Positions 18,141 through 27,472 of a stretch of 50,820 nt of DNA are shown here, in pieces. Below the pieces are notes generated by a model. It had not been told where the DNA came from, did no database searches, and was given only the letters and a program-made list of their open reading frames with translations. The position numbers were made by a program, and so were the translations under genes. Position 1 is the first letter of the stretch, and every line of letters begins with the position of its first letter. Origin of the DNA: Saprospira grandis DSM 2844. GTDB taxonomy: Bacteria > Bacteroidota > Bacteroidia > Chitinophagales > Saprospiraceae. The stretch lies in assembly GCF_000275825.1 (NCBI RefSeq), contig NZ_JH719942.1:1124988-1175807 (forward strand), read 5' to 3'.

Positions 18141-18488
18141 ATGCCACGTTCGGTAAATTCTGTAGCTTCAAGAAGAAGAAAGAAGAAAATTTTGAAGCAG
18201 GCCCGCGGTTACTTTGGAGCAAGATCTAAAGTATATACCGTTGCCAAAAATGCGGTAGAAAAAGGTATGCAGTATGCATACATTGGCCGTAAATTGAAAA
18301 AGCGCAGCTATCGTGCTCTTTGGATTCAGCGTATCAACGCTGCTGTTCGTCAAGAGGGCCTCAGCTACTCTCGCTTTATGCACCTTTTGTCTCAGAGCGG
18401 TATCGAGCTCAACCGTAAAGTGTTGGCCGATCTAGCGATGAACGAGCCTGCTGCTTTTAAAGCTATCGTGAATGCGGTAAAGAAATAG
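18141..18488 (+). CDS. rplT: 50S ribosomal protein L20
   Basis: The sequence is typical of L20 ([12 protein letters not shown]...; 115 aa). Confidence 0.9.
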   Translation: MPRSVNSVASRRRKKKILKQARGYFGARSKVYTVAKNAVEKGMQYAYIGRKLKKRSYRALWIQRINAAVRQEGLSYSRFMHLLSQSGIELNRKVLADLAMNEPAAFKAIVNAVKK

Positions 18489-18527
18489 GCAATATTTCTT
18501 TGAGATGAATACCTTGAGTATTCTGCA

Positions 18528-18568
18528 GAAAAAAAGACCTCTATGCTTGGCGTAGAGGTCTTTTTTTT
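18528..18568. terminator. Bidirectional rho-independent terminator between rplT and the convergent GHMP kinase gene
   Basis: An A-run, then the hairpin gacctctatgcttggcgtagaggtc, then ttttttttg. Confidence 0.7.
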
Positions 18569-18587
18569 GTGTTTTGAACTTGAGTGT

Positions 18588-19520
18588 TTAGCTCAGCACC
18601 ATATCCTCATAGCGGATAAACTGCTCAAAGCCTTTTTTGGCAAAATAGGCTTTGGTTTCGGCTTCGCTACGTTGGCTACTGATGAGGACGAAATCGCCGC
18701 CCCAAGCGCCTAGGGGTTTAACGGTTCCCCAGAAATCCTCAAAGAACTGGGCCTTTGGTCCTTCTTGGCCCAAAATGGGTTGCAAAAGGGCCTGATGTTC
18801 TTCGAGCAGCTCTTCAAAATCTTCCAGATCCTTACAATATTGGGCTACATTATGCGTAATCTGGCTAATTCTGGGAATGGGCGCTTCTCTTTCTTCTGCG
18901 GGCTTCACTTTATAGTGGACCAAGGCTTCGCGGCTGCTCTGCTTCTTATTGAGGTGCACAAAATAAAGCTGATCTTTAAACTTAGGGGCAAAGGGGGCGG
19001 GATAAGCCTGCGGTTGCCCATTAAACAAACGATAAAGAATAGGGCCTTTGGCTTTGGCTGCGGCCAAATCATAGCCTGAGCCGCCAAAGCTTTCGGCTAG
19101 AAGTTGGTGGGCATCTACCTCTGCCCAATCGGCTAGCAGACTAACTAAGGTAGAAGAAGACCCTAGTCCCCAATCTCTAGGAAACTCTAGTTTTGTGGTT
19201 ACTTCTAGTCCTTGGCCATCCGCTAAAAAGTTGGCATTATGTTCTTGGGCAATTTGGAGCAAGATGAGCAGACGCTCGGCCTCTTCGGCCTCGCCTTCAA
19301 ACTTAATCAGTTCCAAATTGGGCAGGCTAACCCAAATCTCTAGCCAGCAATGGCCATTTTCTTCTAGGCTGCGCCAGTGCAATTGTCCGGCTTTCTCGCC
19401 TTTTTCAACCTGCATACTTTGGCCCTTTTGTGTGGGCAATGCCAGAGCGGTAGCGCCCTCGGTCACAAAATACTCGGCCGTGAGCAAGAGCTTGCCTTTG
19501 GCATGTTGTGAAAAAATCAT
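18588..19520 (-). CDS. GHMP-family kinase (GYDIA-type)
   Basis: GHMP ATP-binding motif (WGLGSSSTLVSLLADW) and a GYDLA motif that resembles the GYDIA signature. Confidence 0.65.
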   Translation of the reverse strand: MIFSQHAKGKLLLTAEYFVTEGATALALPTQKGQSMQVEKGEKAGQLHWRSLEENGHCWLEIWVSLPNLELIKFEGEAEEAERLLILLQIAQEHNANFLADGQGLEVTTKLEFPRDWGLGSSSTLVSLLADWAEVDAHQLLAESFGGSGYDLAAAKAKGPILYRLFNGQPQAYPAPFAPKFKDQLYFVHLNKKQSSREALVHYKVKPAEEREAPIPRISQITHNVAQYCKDLEDFEELLEEHQALLQPILGQEGPKAQFFEDFWGTVKPLGAWGGDFVLISSQRSEAETKAYFAKKGFEQFIRYEDMVLS

Positions 19521-19542
19521 AGAGTTTAATTTATTTAGTGTA

Positions 19543-20352
19543 CTATTTTTCTTTCTTCAATTTGGCCTTGCTATAATAGCTTTGGCCTCTACTATAATAC
19601 TGCTCTTCCCAAGAGCGGATAGGATGCGGGAATTTGGTTTCAAACTGAATTTTTAGGCTGCCCTTTCCCTGCGCATAAGTCAGCTGATAACTGGCCAACT
19701 CCCCTTCTTCGCTGAGGCTTGCCTCTGCTGTTTTAGGGACCAAAAGGCTGTGGTACAATTGCGACAACAAGCTAGAAGGCAAAAACTCAAAGCGGCCCAA
19801 AGGCAGCTTTTCTGGAGAAATTCGAATGAGCGCAAACAACTCATCTTGCAAAAGCACTTTAGGCAAATCTCGTTGCTGATCGCCCTCCTTACTAGCATAA
19901 GAAAACTGCTGCTGCCGATAATTATAGGCCCTGAGGTTAATCTGATCAAAACGATGTCCCTCCCAGTTTTGTAAGCTATTGCTCACTTTATAACAAAAAG
20001 GCTCCGCCACCAAATCAATAGGGCGAAAAACGGACTGCATCAAACGATATTCCCCCTCCTTAAAACTCCGCAATTGATTGAGCTCCAAAACGGGTATAGC
20101 CCCTTCATCCTCGGCCTGTACTTCATGTTGTTTGGAGCGAGAAAAATACTCTGCCTTGAAAATAAGCTGGGCTTGGCCCTCATATTTTTGCCCATCCAGC
20201 TCCTGGACCAAATCATAATGATTGACCTCCCGCTTGCCCGTTAACCAATAGGCTTTAAATTCTTTAGACGGCTGCCAATTAGGCCCAGCCAAAAAGGCAA
20301 AACCCAAGCAACTAGATAGTAAGAAAACGGCTAAAACGGAAAACTGTCTCAT
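19543..20352 (-). CDS. Hypothetical secreted protein
   Basis: N-terminal signal peptide (MRQFSVLAVFLLSSCLGFAFLA). There is no catalytic motif. Confidence 0.55.
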   Translation of the reverse strand: MRQFSVLAVFLLSSCLGFAFLAGPNWQPSKEFKAYWLTGKREVNHYDLVQELDGQKYEGQAQLIFKAEYFSRSKQHEVQAEDEGAIPVLELNQLRSFKEGEYRLMQSVFRPIDLVAEPFCYKVSNSLQNWEGHRFDQINLRAYNYRQQQFSYASKEGDQQRDLPKVLLQDELFALIRISPEKLPLGRFEFLPSSLLSQLYHSLLVPKTAEASLSEEGELASYQLTYAQGKGSLKIQFETKFPHPIRSWEEQYYSRGQSYYSKAKLKKEK

Positions 20353-20470
20353 ATTTTGTGCTTGAAAAAGGATGAGCGAGCAAAAAAAGCAGAATATCTC
20401 TTATCTTCCCTTTAGTATGAAGTAGATTAGGGTGTTAAGACTCTCTAAATATAGCAAAAAATCAAAACTT

Positions 20471-21001
20471 ATGGCGAATTTCTCTTGGCTTCTTCTCTTG
20501 GGCTTTCTGACTTTTTCTCTATCCTATGCCAGTGCTCAAGAACTCATTAGCGACCCGGTCAGCTATGATGTTTTAGTTTTTGAACATTTCGAAAAAGGCA
20601 AAACTTACTTTATCCGAAAAGGCGGACGCATTAAGTACCGCCTCTACAACAACCCCAAAACCACCTATAAAGGAGAGCTCCAAAAGGTCAATCGAGAAAG
20701 CATGATTGTAGATGGCCGAGAAATCCCCTTTAAAGACTGTAGCCTCATTGCAGGCCGAGTACGCAGCCCCAAAGAGTTTCAAGGCGCTATTCTCCTAGGT
20801 ATGGGCGCTGGAATCATCCCCCTATCCGCTGCCCTTTTGGGCGTCAATACTATTGCCGGACCTATTGTTATTGTGGGCGGCATAGTCGTGCTTAGCGTAG
20901 GAATCATCCGGTCTATGTCGGCCCGAAAGTTTAAAATGAGCAAGGGCTGGGCTGCTTATGGTGGCCAACTACAATTTGACAGAAGCTATCAAAAACAATA
21001 A
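20471..21001 (+). CDS. Small membrane protein (signal peptide plus C-terminal glycine-rich TM segment)
   Basis: The start is taken at MANFSWLLLLGFL. The C-terminal stretch GMGAGIIPLSAALLGVNTIAGPIVIVGGIVVLSVGII is hydrophobic. Confidence 0.5.
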   Translation: MANFSWLLLLGFLTFSLSYASAQELISDPVSYDVLVFEHFEKGKTYFIRKGGRIKYRLYNNPKTTYKGELQKVNRESMIVDGREIPFKDCSLIAGRVRSPKEFQGAILLGMGAGIIPLSAALLGVNTIAGPIVIVGGIVVLSVGIIRSMSARKFKMSKGWAAYGGQLQFDRSYQKQ

Positions 21002-21002
21002 A

Positions 21003-21818
21003 ATGCTAAAATCCTGGACCTATAAAGAGCAAGGCCTCGATGCCAAAGTAGAACTCTTTTACGATCATGTTCTCTGGACCAAAACGACCGAACAACTTTA
21101 TTTTTCGCTAGAAGAGGCCCTTTGCCGACCGCTTCCCATTGGGCCAAACTGGATTGATGCCGAGCTGATCGACTACCTTCAACAACTACTAAGCGAAAAG
21201 GAACTATCAGAAACAGGCCAACTTATTTTTGCCTTCTATAAGGGCTTGCAAAGCCATAAACTAATAGAACAAAGCTTCTTTTGGCCCAAGGTAGAGGAAA
21301 AACAACTACAGGCCCATTTTTCGGCCCAAGGGCTACTGCTCCTAGAAGAAACCCCCTACCAAATTCTGCCCCTGCAAGCACAAAGACTCTGGCATTTTTA
21401 TCTGCATGGAAGCAATATTCCCGGCCTGCCCTTTAAGGAAAGAAGACTTTGGAGCGACCAAATTAAACAACAGCTCCGCTGGCCCCAACTGGCCGCCCCT
21501 TTTGCCTTGCTCGACTATAGCCGCCTGCCCAAAAAACGCTACGAGGCCCAAGACGAAAATAATGAGCTCCATTTCCTTTGGCTAGAAGATGATTTTGCCC
21601 GAATTGGACAAGGACGAGGCAGCCAAAGCCGTAGCCAAAAACGAAGCTACGAACAGTTGCTCCGAGAAGGCACAAATGGCCTGCCCAACTGCCTAGCCGC
21701 CTATTGGCCCATGCTCTACAAACTGCTCCAAAGGATGTATATTCGAGGCCAAATGCCTAGCTATAAAGAATCAACTCCCTATGAAGGTCCCGCCCCCGGA
21801 CAAGCCCCTCCTGCCTGA
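21003..21818 (+). CDS. Hypothetical protein
   Basis: This ORF begins right after the previous stop, at MLKSWTYKEQ. It has no recognisable domain. Confidence 0.5.
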   Translation: MLKSWTYKEQGLDAKVELFYDHVLWTKTTEQLYFSLEEALCRPLPIGPNWIDAELIDYLQQLLSEKELSETGQLIFAFYKGLQSHKLIEQSFFWPKVEEKQLQAHFSAQGLLLLEETPYQILPLQAQRLWHFYLHGSNIPGLPFKERRLWSDQIKQQLRWPQLAAPFALLDYSRLPKKRYEAQDENNELHFLWLEDDFARIGQGRGSQSRSQKRSYEQLLREGTNGLPNCLAAYWPMLYKLLQRMYIRGQMPSYKESTPYEGPAPGQAPPA

Positions 21819-21832
21819 TTTTTTCTAGGCGT

Positions 21833-21990
21833 TTTTTTGGGGCTGCCCCTTCGCTTCGCTGCGGGTCGGGCCATTTCGCAGCTCGCAGGTCTGCTCGGCC
21901 CTTCGGCGCTTGCAGCGCCTCGGTCTGCCGCCTGCGGCGGCCCTGCTACAGCCCCTCAGCCGATAGGCTGGGGCTCCGCCCCAGCCCCAT
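21833..21990 (+). repeat. Family A repeat, copy 9 (forward)
   Basis: tttttttggggctgcccc...gggtcgggccatttcgcagctcgcaggtctgctcggccc...ggtctgccgcctgcggcggccc. Confidence 0.8.
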
Positions 21991-22069
21991 AAGGTATATG
22001 GCTGCGCCATATCGCTATAAAATAATTTGTAGCCCCCAATTGCCCCCCCAATCAAATTTATTTGCCAAC

Positions 22070-23137
22070 ATGAAATGGTTCCAACGTATCCGAAAAGCCT
22101 TTGAGGCCCTCCTTGAAGAAGATATCGAAAATGATTATGCAGATGATGGCCACCCTTTCCGAATCTTAAGCCAAGAACGCTCCTTTCTGCCCAATTCGGC
22201 AAAAGGAGACTTTAGACTCTACCGCCTCCACCAAAGCTTTTGCGCCTGCTGGTACGAACTACTGCTCGTCCGCTCCGATGATGGCAACCTCCGCTATGAA
22301 TTGCCCGGCTGGGGCCGTGCCGTAGCCATTAGCCCCGATAAAAGCAAACTCCTAGCCGCCCGAAATAAACAATTGGCCATCTTTAATGCCGCTACAGGCC
22401 AAATGATTGGCCAAGAAAAAACCCTAGACGCCTTTATTGATTTTCTGCTCTGGCTCCCCAATGAACAAATTGCCGCCACCGATGGAGAAAAAATCTACCT
22501 GCTCGACCAAGAGCTAGAACTTAAGGCCATTATTCATGACCCCATAGAAAAAGGAGGATTTATTGCCGGTATGCAACTGGGCCAACATCCCCATGAAATT
22601 ATTATCCTTGATTTTAATCAGCAAAAATTAAGATGCATAGACCTGCGCTCAGGCGCCCTAATTAAAGAAACCGAGGCCCAATATGCCGAACAACTGTTTC
22701 GGCAAAATAACCGCCTCTGGACCGCCGTGGTCAATGGGACCCAACTCCAAGAAATTCGCTTTTATGGCTTAGAAAAATTAGAAGAAAAATATGCCCTGCC
22801 CTTTAGAGGCAAAAAAGGCATCCGCTTCGCCAACCAGCCCCCTTCCGATATTAGTTATCATCATTGGACCTCTTTGCCGGCCCTCTCTCCAGAAGAACAA
22901 TTTCTACTAGTTAATGATAATGCAGGCCTGCTCTGGCTGCTCGATGCCCATACCGGAGACCACCGCCGGACCTTCTCGCCAAAATTATTGCCCTATGTCT
23001 ATGCCTGCCTCTGGCTCAATGAAGAAGAATTTGTGGCCCTTTTAGAAGACGGATTTCTGGCCAAGATGAATATCCGATCTAAATCCCTTATGTTTAAACA
23101 ACAAGATTTTGACCCGCAGCAAAATCGCTTCTTCTAA
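22070..23137 (+). CDS. Hypothetical protein (possibly beta-propeller-like)
   Basis: The start is taken at MKWFQRIRKAF. There are repetitive hydrophobic/Gly patterns and no catalytic motif. Confidence 0.55.
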   Translation: MKWFQRIRKAFEALLEEDIENDYADDGHPFRILSQERSFLPNSAKGDFRLYRLHQSFCACWYELLLVRSDDGNLRYELPGWGRAVAISPDKSKLLAARNKQLAIFNAATGQMIGQEKTLDAFIDFLLWLPNEQIAATDGEKIYLLDQELELKAIIHDPIEKGGFIAGMQLGQHPHEIIILDFNQQKLRCIDLRSGALIKETEAQYAEQLFRQNNRLWTAVVNGTQLQEIRFYGLEKLEEKYALPFRGKKGIRFANQPPSDISYHHWTSLPALSPEEQFLLVNDNAGLLWLLDAHTGDHRRTFSPKLLPYVYACLWLNEEEFVALLEDGFLAKMNIRSKSLMFKQQDFDPQQNRFF

Positions 23138-23280
23138 AGGCGCGAAGCGCCTGGCCTAGCGATGCGGCGGGGTGGCCCGAAGGGCCAGACCAAGCAGGCT
23201 TTGCCTGCGAAGGGCCGAGCAGACCTGCGAGCCCCAAAGCGTAGCGCAGCAAGGCGAAGCCGCAGCTGAGGCCCCAAAAC
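23138..23280 (-). repeat. Family A repeat, copy 10 (reverse, CATCGCTAGGCC subtype)
   Basis: ggcctagcgatgcggcggggtggcccgaagggccagacc...gggccgagcagacctgcgagcccc...gaggccccaaaac. Confidence 0.8.
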
Positions 23281-23318
23281 AGACAGACAAAAAAACCTAA
23301 CCCAACAATTATATTTTT

Positions 23319-26300
23319 ATGCAAAAAAAAGCAACAGAAGCGCAGTTCTTCTTTTCTCAACTGCTCAAGCTACAGCAAGTAGACCAACCTTTGGGGGCCA
23401 AATATCAGGCATTAGATGCCCTTTTGGTCCAGTTATTTTTACAATTGACCGAAAAAGAGCGCCTACATTTTAGTGATCGCTCGGCTCGAATTGCCTTTTT
23501 GTCTCATAAAGAAGACCTCAGCCGATCGGTCCAATGGCGCATTTACCAAATTATTAAGCGGGCCAAATGGATCCGCAGAAAAGAGCTAGAGCCTACGACT
23601 GGCCAATACGCCTCGGCCCTAAAAACCGTGACCTTTGCCATTGCGGCCCTTTGTCATGTTCCTTTACCCGAAGAATTGCGGGCCTTTTTGCCCAGCGATG
23701 AGGAAGAAGAGCAAGAAGATCGCAACCCCTTCCCCATCAAAGAAGGCATTATTGAGCAGCTAAAAGTGGTGGTTTTGCAAATTGATGCCGAGCAAGAACT
23801 CATCATCTGCCAACCTTATGGAGAGGGCTATACCGACCAGCTCAGGCTGCGTTATAATGTGCCCGAAATCAATGCGCAGTTTAACAGTACTATTGAGCTG
23901 ATGCAAGATCATTTCCCTGCTGGGGCCATTTTGCAATTGCTGCATGTCTTGGTAGAAGAATCGGGAATTTTGCTGCCCAAGCGCATCATCTTAGAGCCCG
24001 ACTACTTAGTAGATGTGACCAGCATTGCCGAATGTTTTCAGCCACAGGGCGCCTCGCCCTATCTCTTCCTACTCAAAAAGTTTTCGGTCTATGAAAATAG
24101 CTTGCCGCTGATGCTAGGAAATATTGCCAACCGCTTTTTGGACCTCTTGAGCAAGAACCCCAAGCTGGGCTTTCAGGAAGAATTTAAGAAGCTGTTTAGC
24201 CTCAATCCATTGGGCTTTGCCGACTTTAAGGACACCGATATTCGCAAGACCTATCATGAGGCCAAAAACCACTTTATCAACCTCCAGCATATTATCCTCA
24301 ATGAGTTTCCCAAACAGGGGATCGAGCGAGAGCGGATTTTGCTAGAGCCCTCTTTTTACTCTGCCCTTTATGGGATTCAGGGACGTTTGGACCTCTGGCA
24401 GCCGCCAGCAGAAGGCGACGATAAGGCCTTGATTGTGGAATTGAAGAGTGGCAAAACCTTTATGCCCAATAAGTACAACCTCAATCATAATCACTATGTG
24501 CAGACCTTGCTCTATGGCTTGCTGACCAAATCGGTTTATCCTAGCTATAAGAGTTTGGCCCATATTCTTTACTCTAAATTGCAAGAAAAACCGCTGCGTC
24601 TAGCCCCTAGCACGCAGTTTAAGGAAGATGAAGCCTTGGCCCTTCGCAACCAGATGGTGATGATGGAGCGACAGCTGGCCCAATTGGACCAAAGCTCCCT
24701 GGAGGAATATGGCCTTTTGCATCAGTTGGGGCCAGCTATTCTGCCCAAAGCTAGCGGCTATACCGCTAGAGGACTGGAAGAATTTGAAGCCTGCTTTTCT
24801 AATTTGAGCGAGCTAGAACGCCGCTACTTTATTGCCTTTTGTAGCTTTATTGCCAAAGAACAAATTTTGGCTAAAACAGGGGTAGAAGGAAATGATCGCG
24901 CCAATGGACAAGCGGGGCTCTGGCTTAGCGAAAGAGCCGATAAAGACGAACATTTTGAGCTTTTGGCCGGCCTAGAACTACTAGAAAACAATAGCGAGCA
25001 AGAACCGCCTATTCTCCGCTTTAAGCGAACGGAAAATACCAACCCCCTGGCCAATTTCAGACAGGGCGATATTGCTATTTTATACCCCGAAATGGGCCAG
25101 GATGACAATGTCTTGAAGCATCAGATTTTTAAGGGCTCTATTTCTCAAATCAATGCCGAAGAGCTTTGCTTCAAGCTCTACTCTCCCCAATGTAGCGGAA
25201 GCGTTTTTGAGGCGGCCAAAAGCTGGAGCTTAGAACACGATATGCTCGATAAGGGCTTTACGGTCCAGTATCAATCGCTCTTCAAATTCATGAATTTCCA
25301 TCCGGCCAAGCGACAGCTTTTATTGGGCCAAAGGGCCCCGCAAAAAAGCAGCGCTCCCCAAAATCGGAGCTTTATGCAGCCCTATTTGGGCGAAGACCAA
25401 AAGAGGATCCTCAACAAGGCCTTGGATGCCCAAGACTACTTTTTGTTGGTGGGCCCTCCAGGTACAGGCAAAACCAAGTTTATGCTGGCCCAAATGGTCG
25501 AATATCTGCACCGAAATAGCCAAGAAAACATCTTGCTTTTGGCCTATACCAACCGAGCTGTAGATGAAATTTGCGAAGCGATTGAGGAAGTGGGTATTGA
25601 TGATTATCTGCGCATGGGCAGCCGCTATTCTTGCGATCCTCGCTTTGAACATCGGATGTTTTCGGTGCAAACAGAAGCCCTAGCTAGCCGCAAAGATCTG
25701 CGAGCGACCATCGAGAAACATCGGGTATTTGTCTCTACGGTTTCTAGCATGCTCAACCGCCCGCTTTTGCTCAAGCTCAAGCAATTTAACACGGTCATTA
25801 TTGATGAGGCATCACAGATTTTGGAGCCCATGTTGCTCGGTTTGCTTCCGCATTTTCAGCGCTTTGTGCTGATTGGCGACCATAAGCAGTTGCCAGCGGT
25901 GGTGTTGCAGGACAAAGAGCAGTCGGCGGTTAAAGATGAGTTACTCCAAAGCATTGGTTTGCGCAATCGCCGCAACTCCCTCTTTGAGCGCTTGTTTGAG
26001 CAGGCCCAAAAAGAAGGCTGGACCCATTGCTACGATCAATTGCAGCATCAGGGGCGGATGCATGCCGAAATTGCCCGCTTTCCCAGCCAATTTTTCTACG
26101 ATAACAAGTTGTTGGAACTGCCCAAAGACAACCCAATTGGAGACTGGCAGCAGCAGCCCCTCCCCTTCCGTCCGATGCCCCAGGCCTCTGCTTTGGAGCA
26201 GCTTTTGGCCCAGCATCGCCTGCTCTTTATTCCCAGTCAATCGGATTATCAGGGGAACAGCAAAACCAATGAGGAAGAAGCCATTCGGGTGGGCGAATTG

Positions 26301-26702
26301 GTCCATGCTTTCAGAAACTTATACGAGCAGCAGGGCGGCGGTTTTGCTCCTGAGGACCTTGGCATCATCACGCCTTTTCGGGCGCAGATTGCCCAGATTC
26401 GCCATGTTTTGGCCCAATATAATATGGGCTATGAGCAGTGCAGCATTGATACGGTGGAGCGTTATCAGGGTGGGGCGCGCAAAATCATTCTCTTATCTTT
26501 GGCCATCAATATGAGTCATCAATTGCCGGCCATTGTCTCGCTTTCCGATGATGAGCAGGTAGACCGCAAGCTCAATGTGGCCCTTACTCGGGCTCGGCAG
26601 CAGTTGGTGGTTTTGGGCAATCCCAAGCTATTGGCCAATGATCCTCGTTATGCGGCCCTAATGGCATGGATTAAGGAGCGGGGCGGCTACTTTACCCCTT
26701 AG
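23319..26702 (+). CDS. PD-(D/E)xK nuclease - SF1B (Upf1/DNA2-like) helicase fusion protein, candidate Nhi-like defense enzyme
   Basis: Central nuclease motifs: GRLDLW, then IVELKSGK (ExK), then QTLLYGLL (QxxxY). C-terminal helicase motifs: I GPPGTGKT; Ia LAYTNRAVDE; II IIDEASQ; III LIGDHKQLPAV; IV QGRMHAEIARFPS; V GIITPFRAQ; VI ERYQGGARKIILLS ... NVALTRARQQLVVLGN. Confidence 0.85.
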   Translation: MQKKATEAQFFFSQLLKLQQVDQPLGAKYQALDALLVQLFLQLTEKERLHFSDRSARIAFLSHKEDLSRSVQWRIYQIIKRAKWIRRKELEPTTGQYASALKTVTFAIAALCHVPLPEELRAFLPSDEEEEQEDRNPFPIKEGIIEQLKVVVLQIDAEQELIICQPYGEGYTDQLRLRYNVPEINAQFNSTIELMQDHFPAGAILQLLHVLVEESGILLPKRIILEPDYLVDVTSIAECFQPQGASPYLFLLKKFSVYENSLPLMLGNIANRFLDLLSKNPKLGFQEEFKKLFSLNPLGFADFKDTDIRKTYHEAKNHFINLQHIILNEFPKQGIERERILLEPSFYSALYGIQGRLDLWQPPAEGDDKALIVELKSGKTFMPNKYNLNHNHYVQTLLYGLLTKSVYPSYKSLAHILYSKLQEKPLRLAPSTQFKEDEALALRNQMVMMERQLAQLDQSSLEEYGLLHQLGPAILPKASGYTARGLEEFEACFSNLSELERRYFIAFCSFIAKEQILAKTGVEGNDRANGQAGLWLSERADKDEHFELLAGLELLENNSEQEPPILRFKRTENTNPLANFRQGDIAILYPEMGQDDNVLKHQIFKGSISQINAEELCFKLYSPQCSGSVFEAAKSWSLEHDMLDKGFTVQYQSLFKFMNFHPAKRQLLLGQRAPQKSSAPQNRSFMQPYLGEDQKRILNKALDAQDYFLLVGPPGTGKTKFMLAQMVEYLHRNSQENILLLAYTNRAVDEICEAIEEVGIDDYLRMGSRYSCDPRFEHRMFSVQTEALASRKDLRATIEKHRVFVSTVSSMLNRPLLLKLKQFNTVIIDEASQILEPMLLGLLPHFQRFVLIGDHKQLPAVVLQDKEQSAVKDELLQSIGLRNRRNSLFERLFEQAQKEGWTHCYDQLQHQGRMHAEIARFPSQFFYDNKLLELPKDNPIGDWQQQPLPFRPMPQASALEQLLAQHRLLFIPSQSDYQGNSKTNEEEAIRVGELVHAFRNLYEQQGGGFAPEDLGIITPFRAQIAQIRHVLAQYNMGYEQCSIDTVERYQGGARKIILLSLAINMSHQLPAIVSLSDDEQVDRKLNVALTRARQQLVVLGNPKLLANDPRYAALMAWIKERGGYFTP

Positions 26703-26726
26703 TTTTCTCCTTTTTGATCTTGATTT

Positions 26727-26762
26727 ATCCCGCTAGTCATCATGACTAGGGGGATATTTTTT
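26727..26762 (+). terminator. Rho-independent terminator of the nuclease-helicase gene
   Basis: The hairpin cccgctagtcat/catgactaggggg is followed by atattttttt, which runs directly into the TTTTTGGGGCC start of a repeat element. Confidence 0.65.
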
Positions 26763-26905
26763 TGGGGCCTGCCGCCTTTGGCGGCCGGGCCCTTACAGGG
26801 CTCGCAGTTCTGCTCGGCCCTGCGTCGCCTTCGGCTCCTTGGTCTGGCCTGCGGCCACCCTTACAGGCCCCTAGGCCGTTTGGCCTTCGGCCATAGGGCG
26901 GCTTA
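26754..26905 (+). repeat. Family A repeat, copy 11 (forward, CATCGCTAGGCC-like subtype)
   Basis: tttttttggggcctgccgcctttggcggcc...ctcgcagttctgctcggccc...ggtctggcctgcggccaccc...ggccgtttggccttcggcc. Confidence 0.8.
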
Positions 26906-26939
26906 GCTATGCTATTCGGTCTTTGTAGAACAATCGAGA

Positions 26940-27088
26940 CTGTTTAAAGTTTTCTGTTTCTCCTTTTTGCTGCCTAGAAACAAGCCCCTAGACTCGCTTT
27001 TTTAGACAGCCCTCTAAAGAGGGCCTTTGGAGAAGGTTCTTCTCTGCGATAACAACTGAACAAGGCCCAGTATATCAACAGTTGAGGC
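26940..27088. repeat. Second repeat family (element B), copy 1
   Basis: About 85% identical to 38858..39008: gtttaaagttttctgtttctcctttttgctgcctagaaacaagcccctagactcgc...cagacagccctctaaagagggcctttgga...aacaactgaacaaggcc...tatatcaacagttgaggc. Confidence 0.7.
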
Positions 27089-27093
27089 TAAGT

Positions 27094-27160
27094 AGTTTAC
27101 TTCCAGACCGAACTAGTTTACCCCCAGACCGAACTAGTTTACCCCCAGACAGAACTTTTG
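27094..27160. repeat. Short tandem repeat (about 22 bp x 3; agtttaccYccagaccgaact)
   Basis: Seen directly: two perfect units and one degenerate unit, immediately after element B copy 1. Confidence 0.7.
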
Positions 27161-27297
27161 CCTTTTTTCATTTTGTTGCGTTATTTTTATTTTTAACAAA
27201 GCTCTAACAATTAGGCATAAAAAAAGGCGCAAAACCTAGGTTTTACGCCTTTTTCGGTGGCCGAAGCGGGAGGTCTAGCTTAGAACTAGCTGTTGAT

Positions 27298-27420
27298 CGG
27301 CCTAGCGATGCGGAAGGGGGCGGCGAAGCCGCAGACCAAGGCCGTCAGGCCGCAGGGCCGAGCAGCCTTGCGAGCCCTGCAGCGTAGCGCCTGCCGCAGG
27401 CAGGAGGCCCCAAAACAAAA
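27298..27420 (-). repeat. Family A repeat, copy 12 (reverse, CATCGCTAGGCC subtype, short)
   Basis: ggcctagcgatgcggaagggggcggcgaagccgcagaccaaggccgtcaggccgcagggccgagcagccttgcgagccc...ggaggccccaaaac. Confidence 0.8.
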
Positions 27421-27472
27421 AAGGCCAGCCCCAGAGGAGCTGACCTTCGTCAGTAGTTAGTTAGCTAAGTCA

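Noticed and set aside
27180-27260. Possible terminator hairpin ggcgcaaaacctaggttttacgcc plus T-run on the plus strand
   Set aside because: There is no upstream plus-strand gene to terminate. The helicase gene already has a terminator at 26727-26762, and the structure lies on the wrong side for the minus-strand adhesin. I left it unannotated. It might belong to an unannotated small transcript.
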